Of a DNA stretch of 5,112 nucleotides, positions 1-4,968 are shown in pieces. Numbering within the stretch: the stretch's first letter is position 1; the number at the start of each line of letters is the position of its first letter. Source of the DNA: Chlamydiota bacterium (GTDB taxonomy: Bacteria > Auribacterota > JACPWU01); contig JACPWU010000005.1 of assembly GCA_016196885.1 (NCBI GenBank), positions 1-5,112 of the forward strand. Direction: 5' to 3'. The notes under the pieces are model-generated. The model did not search any database, was not told the DNA's origin, and worked only from the letters and a program-made list of their open reading frames with translations. Made by a program: the position numbers and the translations under genes.

Positions 1-96
1 GTCCAGAACAAAAAATAAATGCTCTGAATTTTTCTAAAACGATCGAAACCTTTTATCAGCAGACCCTAAGTAATTGTATTAGAAATAGTTATGTTT

Positions 97-300
97 CTAA
101 ATAATGAGACAAATTAATAGAATGGATACCCCGCCGATGGTCAAAAAAATCAATTCACGCCCCCAAAAATGAATTCTCTTGGATCCGTACATAATGCAAA
201 GGCCTAAAACTACCAGAAAAGATAAGTGCTTGACAATTTCCCCAAGAATATCTATATTGTATTCCACATTCTGTTCAAACATAAGAGCTTTTTGAAACAT
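97..300 (-). CDS. Doubtful hypothetical small membrane protein (67 aa, internal ATG of the 124-aa ORF)
   Basis: ATG at 300, TAG at 97-99. Two hydrophobic stretches (HLSFLVVLGLCIMYG and LIFLTIGGVSILLICLII). No Shine-Dalgarno upstream. It overlaps the strong rpsT promoter at 230-258. AT-rich DNA readily gives Ile/Leu/Phe-rich spurious ORFs. Confidence 0.15.
   Translation of the reverse strand: MFQKALMFEQNVEYNIDILGEIVKHLSFLVVLGLCIMYGSKRIHFWGRELIFLTIGGVSILLICLII
230..258 (+). promoter_or_regulatory. Sigma70-type promoter for rpsT
   Basis: TTGACA at 230-235, exactly 17-nt spacer (236-252), TATATT at 253-258. This implies a transcript start near 265 and a leader of about 60 nt before the rpsT ATG. 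Confidence 0.6.
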
Positions 301-325
301 TCTGGTAGAGAGGGAGATACGCATT

Positions 326-595
326 ATGCCACACAGCATTTCAGCAGCTAAAAGAGTTAGACAAAATTTAACGAGACGTACGCGTAACAGACAAACCAAG
401 ACAGAACTCAAGAATCTGACCAAGGATCTCCTCTCTCTCATTACAGATAAGAAAAAGGATGAGGCCACCACTGCCTATCGCGACCTTTCAGGTCATTTTG
501 ACAGAGCTGCCAAAAAAGGCATGATTCATAAGAATAACGCGGATCGTCATAAATCTCGTTTGGCTGTGAGGTTGATGAAGGCTTTTGCTGCTTAA
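326..595 (+). CDS. rpsT: 30S ribosomal protein bS20
   Basis: ATG 326, TAA 593-595, SD AGGGAG at 311-316 (9-nt spacing). The 89-aa product is very basic. It has the N-terminal SAAKRVRQNLTRRTRNRQ and C-terminal KKGMIHKNNADRHKSRLA segments typical of bS20. Confidence 0.95.
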   Translation: MPHSISAAKRVRQNLTRRTRNRQTKTELKNLTKDLLSLITDKKKDEATTAYRDLSGHFDRAAKKGMIHKNNADRHKSRLAVRLMKAFAA

Positions 596-637
596 ATTCC
601 TCTCGTTTGCTTTTCGGAATTATTTTCACTCCAAATT

Positions 638-646
638 TGTTATAAT
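638..646 (+). promoter_or_regulatory. Candidate extended -10 promoter for htpX
   Basis: TGTTATAAT at 638-646 is a perfect TGnTATAAT. There is no good -35 at 17 nt, which an extended -10 can tolerate. It lies about 30 nt upstream of the htpX ATG. htpX could instead be co-transcribed with rpsT. Confidence 0.4.
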
Positions 647-676
647 GATGTGCAGACTTAAAGAGGGGGATTTTTT

Positions 677-1528
677 ATGAATATCACAAAAACGACTTTT
701 CTTCTCGCACTTTTAACCGTTCTGTTTGTTTTGGCCGGAGGGGCCTTGGGCGGCCAAAATGGCATGGTCACCGCTTTCATTTTTGCCCTGGTTATGAATG
801 TGGTCACTTATTTTTTCTGCCATAAAATGGTCCTGATGCTTTATCGGGCCCAACCTCTTTCAGAGGGAGATGCCCCCGAGGTGTATCAAATGGTAAGAGA
901 GCTCACGATGAAGGCAAGTCTTCCCATGCCTCAGATTTATCTCATCCCCCAAGAGGCACCCAATGCCTTTGCTACGGGAAGAAGTCCGGAGCATGCCGTG
1001 GTGGCTGTAACACGAGGCATTATGAATCTTTTGGACAAAGAAGAGTTGAAGGGCGTCCTAGGTCATGAACTCTCCCATGTCCGCAACCGAGATATTTTGG
1101 TGAGCACCATTGCAGCCACGATCGCAGGCGCTATCAGTATGGTTGCCAACATGGCTCGCTGGGGTATGATGTTTGGTGGGGGTAGACGCAGTGACAATGA
1201 CCGAAATAATCCGATCGGTCTTATCTTGAGCATTGTTCTTCTGATTTTGCTTCCTTTTGCAGCCATGCTCATTCAATTGGCCATTTCAAGGACGAGAGAA
1301 TATGGAGCGGATGAGTCAGGGGCAAAGCTTACAGGAAATCCAAGGGGTTTGGCGAGTGCCCTTCGAAAACTTCAGATGTATTCTCAAAAGCGGCCGATGA
1401 CCATTTCAAATCCAGCCACAGCTCATCTCTTTATTGTAAATCCCCTCAGCGGAAAAAATCTCTTAAGACTTTTCAGCACGCATCCACCCATTGAAGAGAG
1501 AATTCAGAGGTTGGAAAAAATGGTTTAA
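677..1528 (+). CDS. htpX: HtpX-family membrane zinc metalloprotease (peptidase M48)
   Basis: ATG 677 preceded by purine-rich SD AGAGGGGGA (662-670); TAA 1526-1528. The product is 283 aa with two N-terminal hydrophobic helices. The HELSH zinc motif is at codons 130-134 (nt 1064-1078). Two more hydrophobic helices follow, then the downstream [14 protein letters not shown] segment carrying the third-ligand Glu, and C-terminal THPPIEERI. Confidence 0.93.
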   Translation: MNITKTTFLLALLTVLFVLAGGALGGQNGMVTAFIFALVMNVVTYFFCHKMVLMLYRAQPLSEGDAPEVYQMVRELTMKASLPMPQIYLIPQEAPNAFATGRSPEHAVVAVTRGIMNLLDKEELKGVLGHELSHVRNRDILVSTIAATIAGAISMVANMARWGMMFGGGRRSDNDRNNPIGLILSIVLLILLPFAAMLIQLAISRTREYGADESGAKLTGNPRGLASALRKLQMYSQKRPMTISNPATAHLFIVNPLSGKNLLRLFSTHPPIEERIQRLEKMV

Positions 1529-1531
1529 AAA

Positions 1532-1586
1532 AGAAGTCAGAAGTCAGAATAATAAGGAGGTGTATTTATTCTGAATTCTGAGTTCT
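1532..1586. terminator. Long hairpin between convergent genes; intrinsic terminator for the minus-strand ABC operon, possibly bidirectional
   Basis: 1532-1552 pairs with 1566-1586 (19 of 21 positions Watson-Crick, mismatches at 1543/1575 and 1536/1582). The loop is 13 nt (1553-1565). On the minus strand the hairpin is followed directly by a U-run (complement of A-run 1527-1531). On the plus strand the trailing sequence GGCTTCTGAAG is a poor U-tract. Confidence 0.65.
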
Positions 1587-1596
1587 GGCTTCTGAA
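1532..1596. repeat. Inverted arrays of 7-nt tandem repeats
   Basis: Left arm: AGAAGTC (1532-1538), AGAAGTC (1539-1545), AGAATAA (1546-1552). Right arm: TTCTGAA (1569-1575), TTCTGAG (1576-1582), TTCTGGC (1583-1589), TTCTGAA (1590-1596). The right-arm unit is the reverse complement of the GTCAGAA phase of the left arm. Confidence 0.85.
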
Positions 1597-1598
1597 GA

Positions 1599-2429
1599 CT
1601 AACCCTTAATCCCACTCAGGACCATCCCCTTCACAAAGTAACGCTGCATGAAGACAAAGAGAAGTAAGATAGGCAAAATCACAATCACAGAACCTGACAT
1701 TAAAAGACCCCATTCTGTGTTGTGTTGTCCATTGAGGTTGGCCAAGGCAACGGGAAGGGTATAGCCTGATTCCTTGGTCATGATGATGAGAGGCCACAAA
1801 AATTCATTCCAAGCCCCCATAAAGGTAAAAATCGTCATCGTAGCCAAAGCGGGACGGCAAAGGGGGAGAACAATGCTCCACAGAATCCGAAGCTCGCCAC
1901 AACCGTCCATTCTAGCGCTTTCCAAAATTTCATTTGGAATCCCCTTCATGAACTGACGCATGAGAAAAATGCCAAAAACAGAGGTAGATCCTGGAAGAAT
2001 AAGCCCTGTAAAGGTATTCAAAAGATGCATGTTTTTTAGAATCAAGAACACAGGCATCATGCAAACCTGACCCGGAACCATCATGGTCAAAAGCAAAAGT
2101 GAAAAAATCTTTTCACGCCCAGGAAACTTGTGTTTTGCAAAGGCATAGGCAGCCAAAGAATTTAAAATCAGATTCAATAAAGTAATAGAAACAGAAATAA
2201 AAAGACTGTTTCCAAAAAAAGCAAGAAAACGTACCTTCTCAAAGAGATCTTTATAATATTGGAAGGTATAAGGATGAGGAATCAATTGCGGAGGAAGCGC
2301 AAAAATCCCCTCCTCTGGCTTTAAAGAAGTGGACACCATCCAAATAAAAGGCACCAGTGTTAGGAGAAAGAAAAACAGAATGACGCTGTGCAAGCTTGTG
2401 ATTTTCAGTAAGTTTTTTAACTTTTTCAC
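1599..2429 (-). CDS. Carbohydrate-type ABC transporter permease (MalG/UgpE-like, second membrane subunit)
   Basis: GTG start at 2429 with SD GGAG at 2437-2440 (7-nt spacing); TAG 1599-1601. The 276-aa product has six hydrophobic segments. The EAA loop ESARMDGCGELRILWSIVLPLCRP is at residues 170-193, which is diagnostic of binding-protein-dependent importer permeases. Confidence 0.92.
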   Translation of the reverse strand: MKKLKNLLKITSLHSVILFFFLLTLVPFIWMVSTSLKPEEGIFALPPQLIPHPYTFQYYKDLFEKVRFLAFFGNSLFISVSITLLNLILNSLAAYAFAKHKFPGREKIFSLLLLTMMVPGQVCMMPVFLILKNMHLLNTFTGLILPGSTSVFGIFLMRQFMKGIPNEILESARMDGCGELRILWSIVLPLCRPALATMTIFTFMGAWNEFLWPLIIMTKESGYTLPVALANLNGQHNTEWGLLMSGSVIVILPILLLFVFMQRYFVKGMVLSGIKG

Positions 2430-2463
2430 GCTTTAACTCCGTCCATCTTGAGTTTTGCTTTTA

Positions 2464-2498
2464 CTCACGACTCACGACTCACCCCTCACCCCTCACGA
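2464..2498. repeat. Five-unit heptamer tandem repeat in the intercistronic spacer
   Basis: CTCACGA (2464-2470), CTCACGA (2471-2477), CTCACCC (2478-2484), CTCACCC (2485-2491), CTCACGA (2492-2498), then a partial CT (2499-2500). On the coding (minus) strand this reads (TCGTGAG)(GGGTGAG)(GGGTGAG)(TCGTGAG)(TCGTGAG). It lies between the stop codon at 2505-2507 and the next start at 2429. Confidence 0.9.
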
Positions 2499-2504
2499 CT
2501 GCCT

Positions 2505-4793
2505 TTAATATTCAAAACTTTGCTTATTCATCTTAAATTGAATCATCGAAAAAACAGCAATCACAATAAAAAGAACATAAGCAATGGCGGAGGCATAGCC
2601 CATGTGAAAATATTTAAAACCCTGCTTATACATCAAAAGAACAACAGAAACAGTACTGTCCAAAGGACCTCCGTCGGTCATGATATAAGGCTCTGCAAAA
2701 AACTGAAAATACCCGATGCTGGTCATGATGCCCACAAAGAAAATGGTCGGTCTTAAAAGAGGCAAGGTAATGTGAAAAAAAGATTGGACGCGATTGGCTC
2801 CATCAATCTGAGCTGCCTCATAAAAATGAGGAGGAATGCCCTGCAAGCCGGCTAAAAAAATCACCATGTGGTACCCAAAATTTTTCCATACGGCCATTAA
2901 TATTAAGGCTGGCATCGCCCAAGTCACGTCTCCCAACCAATTCTTTCCCTCCAATCCCAAAAGGCTCAAACCCCAATTAATGAGACCAAAACGCGAATTA
3001 TAAAGCCATCTCCAGACCACAGCGACAGCAACCATGGTCGTCACAACCGGTGTAAAAAACCCTACACGGAACAAAGTTCGACATTTAACGATGGTGCTGT
3101 TGAGAAGAATGGCCAAAAACAAAGCGATGGTCATGGTCAGAGATCCTCCCACCACCACAAAAATAAAAGTATTCCAAAGAGATTTTAAGAAAATTTTATC
3201 GGACATCAGATTTTTAAAATTTTCGAGTCCTACGAAAGAAACTTGATTCAAATTTACGATCGATCGGATATCCCAATTGGTAAAGCTCATCAAAAGAGAG
3301 ATAAAAACAGGGGCGAAAAGAAAAATCGCAAAAATAGAAAGGCTGGGTAAAATAAAACCATAAGACTTGAGATAACGTTTGAACTTCCCTAAAAGATCTA
3401 AATCTCCTATGTCATAAAGGGTTCGATTCTTAGAAGACATAAAATAAAGGACCAGTGCCAAACCAATCAATCCCAGAAATAGACCCACCAAGACCCCTTT
3501 AAAAAGAGGGGTTTGAGAACGCTGGCTTTTCAAAAGAATTTTCTGAATCTGAGAAGACATTTTTGAAAGACCTTCGTCTATAGAATCTTTTTCGAAAATG
3601 AGTCTCTCCATTTCATTGTCGACCACGCCAGCCATTTCTTCCCATTCAGGAATAGAAGGGGGACTGTCCGTGTCTTTTAGCTGTTCACCAAAGACCTTAA
3701 CCATTTCTAAATTTCCAAAATAGGGATCTTGCCAGGCCACTCTTGTCGAAGGTAAATCTTCGGTGATCTGATACCACTTGACTTGGGTTTCAGGCTGATT
3801 CAGAAATTGAATCCATTCCCAAGCGAGTTCTGCTTTTTTTGTACCCTTAAAAATAACCAGGCTGGAACCCCCCACAAAAGAAGTTCCTTTGATTTTGTGA
3901 GGCAGCGTCGCAACCGACCATTTTCCATCTAGATGAGGTAATTGTTCATGAATTTGTCTCAGCATCCAGGGGCCACTCACAAACATGGGGAAAAAACCCT
4001 TGTCAAAGGCATTAAAAATATCGGTTCCCACCGCTAATTCTCGGGGCGCTACATCTTCCTTAAAAAAACTTCTGTAGAATTCAAAGGCCTGTGCTACCGC
4101 GGGGCTCTTGATCTCGACAGCCCCATCCTCTCCCAAAATCTGTCCGCCATTCTGCCAAATAAACATAAGCATTTGCGCCCAATCCCGCAGAGGAAGACTG
4201 ATGCCATAACGGTCTTTCTTTCCATCTCCATCCGTGTCTTTGGAGAGCCTACGGCAAGCCTCCAAAAGTTCATCCCAAGTTTGAGGAGCATGATCAAAAC
4301 CCACCTCTTTCAAAAGATCCTTGCGGTAAAATAGAACACGGGTGTCTACATACCAGGGAATCCCATAGAGGCTTCCTTGAATAAAATTGACCTTCCAAGA
4401 ACTTTCAAAAAATTGATCGGATTTGAGGGAGGACTTCTCAAGAAAGGAATCCAGAGGAAGAAGCACCTTCATGGCTTCAAATTCTGAAACCCAGGTGCTT
4501 CCTAATTGACAAACATCCGGGGTGGATTCACCTGCAACGGAGGTAATAAGTTTTTCGTGGGCAGCCCCCCAAGGAATGGCCTGAACCACAATTTTAACGC
4601 CGGGATGGGTTTGTTCAAATTCACGGGCGAGCTGACCTATTTTCTGGCCTTCCTCCCCCATGGCCCACATTTCAAGGGTTTGCCTAGAATCAGAAAAAGC
4701 GGCGCCTTGGAAATGAAGACACAGAAGAAAAAGAACGAAAACGCCTCCCCACCGCTTGAACAAGAAAACCTCCGTATCACTATATGAAAACAA
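2505..4793 (-). CDS. Fusion protein: extracellular solute-binding domain (family 1) + linker TM helix + MalF/UgpA-type ABC permease
   Basis: One frame is open for 762 codons with TAA at 2505-2507. The longest ORF starts at TTG 4793 (GGAG at 4802-4805, 8-nt spacing). An in-frame TTG at 4763 has a better SD (GGAGG 4769-4773, 5-nt spacing) and gives a cleaner signal peptide, MFKRWGGVFVLFLLCLHFQGAAFS (752 aa). The N-terminal half matches the family-1 SBP pattern: TLEMWAMG...FEQTHPGVKIVVQAIPWGAAHEKLITSVAGESTPDVCQLGSTW...GIPWYVDTRVLFYRKDLL. The C-terminal half is a six-TM permease (YGFILPSLSIFAIFLFAPVFISLLMSFTNWD) with EAA loop EAAQIDGANRVQSFFHITLPLLRP at nt 2745-2819. Confidence 0.9.
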   Translation of the reverse strand: MFSYSDTEVFLFKRWGGVFVLFLLCLHFQGAAFSDSRQTLEMWAMGEEGQKIGQLAREFEQTHPGVKIVVQAIPWGAAHEKLITSVAGESTPDVCQLGSTWVSEFEAMKVLLPLDSFLEKSSLKSDQFFESSWKVNFIQGSLYGIPWYVDTRVLFYRKDLLKEVGFDHAPQTWDELLEACRRLSKDTDGDGKKDRYGISLPLRDWAQMLMFIWQNGGQILGEDGAVEIKSPAVAQAFEFYRSFFKEDVAPRELAVGTDIFNAFDKGFFPMFVSGPWMLRQIHEQLPHLDGKWSVATLPHKIKGTSFVGGSSLVIFKGTKKAELAWEWIQFLNQPETQVKWYQITEDLPSTRVAWQDPYFGNLEMVKVFGEQLKDTDSPPSIPEWEEMAGVVDNEMERLIFEKDSIDEGLSKMSSQIQKILLKSQRSQTPLFKGVLVGLFLGLIGLALVLYFMSSKNRTLYDIGDLDLLGKFKRYLKSYGFILPSLSIFAIFLFAPVFISLLMSFTNWDIRSIVNLNQVSFVGLENFKNLMSDKIFLKSLWNTFIFVVVGGSLTMTIALFLAILLNSTIVKCRTLFRVGFFTPVVTTMVAVAVVWRWLYNSRFGLINWGLSLLGLEGKNWLGDVTWAMPALILMAVWKNFGYHMVIFLAGLQGIPPHFYEAAQIDGANRVQSFFHITLPLLRPTIFFVGIMTSIGYFQFFAEPYIMTDGGPLDSTVSVVLLMYKQGFKYFHMGYASAIAYVLFIVIAVFSMIQFKMNKQSFEY
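2508..3386 (-). other. Permease (TMD) domain of the fusion protein, residues about 470-762
   Basis: It has a typical CUT1 first-permease N-terminus and six hydrophobic segments. The EAA loop is at residues 659-683, and the MGYASAIAYVLFIVI final helix is present. Confidence 0.85.
3435..3509 (-). other. Extra linker transmembrane helix, residues 429-453
   Basis: The hydrophobic stretch is PLFKGVLVGLFLGLIGLALVLYFMS. It is preceded by the polar SBP C-terminus (KSQRSQT) and followed by a positively charged segment (KNR...GKFKRYLK). That fits an out-to-in membrane crossing under the positive-inside rule. Confidence 0.75.
3519..4691 (-). other. Solute-binding (SBP) domain of the fusion protein, residues about 35-425
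   Basis: About 390 residues after the signal peptide carry sugar-type family-1 SBP sequence patterns. There are no hydrophobic helices in this part. Confidence 0.85.
4692..4763 (-). other. N-terminal signal peptide (or signal anchor) of the fusion protein
   Basis: The peptide has a basic n-region (KR), a hydrophobic core GGVFVLFLLCLHF and a small-residue stretch QGAAFS. There is no canonical lipobox, because the residue before Cys is Leu rather than Gly/Ala/Ser. Confidence 0.6.
4761..4773 (-). promoter_or_regulatory. Shine-Dalgarno GGAGG plus in-frame TTG, the likely true initiation site of the fusion gene
   Basis: The minus strand reads GGAGG (4773-4769), TTTTC, TTG (4763-4761). This TTG is in frame with the 4793 start, 10 codons downstream. 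Confidence 0.5.
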
Positions 4794-4797
4794 CCTA

Positions 4798-4959
4798 TTA
4801 ACTCCCCCAACCCCTCTTATGGTTTTCGCCTCTCGGCTTCAACCACTTCCTCGTCCACCCGCTGTGGCGGGTACCCGGACTCGGTCGTAAGAGGGGAGAA
4901 CTCTCCCCTTATTTCAAGCTTTTATAGTCCCCGTGGGAAAGGGGAGTTGGAGGGGTTAA
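4798..4959 (-). promoter_or_regulatory. G+C-rich structured element, candidate 5' leader / cis-regulatory RNA of the ABC operon (class unknown)
   Basis: By hand count 4801-4960 is about 56% G+C, against visibly AT-rich flanks. A long-range helix pairs 4798-4816 with 4941-4959. Internal hairpins are at 4821-4844, 4853-4880 (ACCCGC/TGTG/GCGGGT core at 4857-4872), 4893-4908 (GGGGAG/AACT/CTCCCC) and 4928-4945. It begins 1-4 nt after the transcript start predicted from the 4969-4998 promoter and ends just upstream of the start codon. Strand assignment is inferred from context only. Confidence 0.45.
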
Positions 4960-4968
4960 AGAAGGTGA

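Noticed and set aside
3-104. Frame open from the left edge (PEQKINALNFSKTIETFYQQTLSNCIRNSYVSK, stop at 102-104), possibly the C-terminus of an upstream plus-strand gene
   Set aside because: It has only 33 codons, no recognisable motif, and is cut by the window edge. That is too little to call, and extending the window leftwards would settle it.
97-471. 124-aa minus-strand ORF overlapping the 5' half of rpsT
   Set aside because: Its upstream part is antisense to a clearly recognisable bS20 gene and to the rpsT promoter. Only the distal 67 codons (97-300) could stand alone, and those lack an SD. I kept that part only as a very low confidence feature.
595-627. AATTCC/GGAATT hairpin (595-600 with 616-621) followed by ATTTTC after rpsT, a possible terminator
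   Set aside because: The stem is only 6 bp and AT-rich, with a 15-nt loop and a broken T-tract. That is too weak to claim, and rpsT-htpX read-through is equally plausible.
441-629. 62-aa minus-strand ORF
   Set aside because: It is antisense to rpsT with no SD or recognisable features, so it is a shadow ORF.
1058-1276. Two overlapping minus-strand ORFs (72 and 69 aa) inside htpX
   Set aside because: They are antisense to the HELSH-containing core of a confidently identified protease gene, so they are shadow ORFs.
1554-1562. Near-perfect Shine-Dalgarno AAGGAGGTG in the loop of the terminator hairpin
   Set aside because: No ATG, GTG or TTG at a usable spacing opens a reading frame downstream on the plus strand, and stops follow within a few codons. 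It is probably coincidental, though an anti-SD-complementary loop is curious.
1606-1956. 63-aa minus-strand and 60-aa plus-strand ORFs inside the MalG-like permease gene
   Set aside because: They are alternative-frame or antisense shadows of a CDS that has a clear EAA loop and six TM segments.
2464-2498. Possibility that the short repeats are a CRISPR array
   Set aside because: The units are 7 nt and directly adjacent with no spacers, which is nothing like 24-48 nt repeats separated by unique spacers.
2448-2756. 102-aa plus-strand ORF spanning the heptamer repeat and the 3' end of the fusion gene
   Set aside because: It translates the tandem repeat (HDSRLTPHPSRL) and the antisense of the permease C-terminus. 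Its internal IFKTLLIH duplication is just the antisense image of the 25-nt direct repeat reported above.
3034-4787. ORFs 3034-3246 (+), 4094-4297 (-, other frame) and 4506-4787 (+) inside the fusion gene
   Set aside because: All are embedded in, or antisense to, a long CDS with strong SBP and permease signatures. None has an SD or a recognisable motif.
4798-4959. Interpretation of the G+C-rich element as a MITE with TTAA flanks (TTAA at 4798-4801 and 4956-4959) and imperfect terminal inverted repeats
   Set aside because: This is not fully excluded. The terminal repeats match at only about 13-15 of 19 positions, the TTAA tetranucleotides are part of the helix itself, and the element sits precisely between promoter and start codon. 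I therefore favour a leader RNA. A genome-wide copy count would decide.
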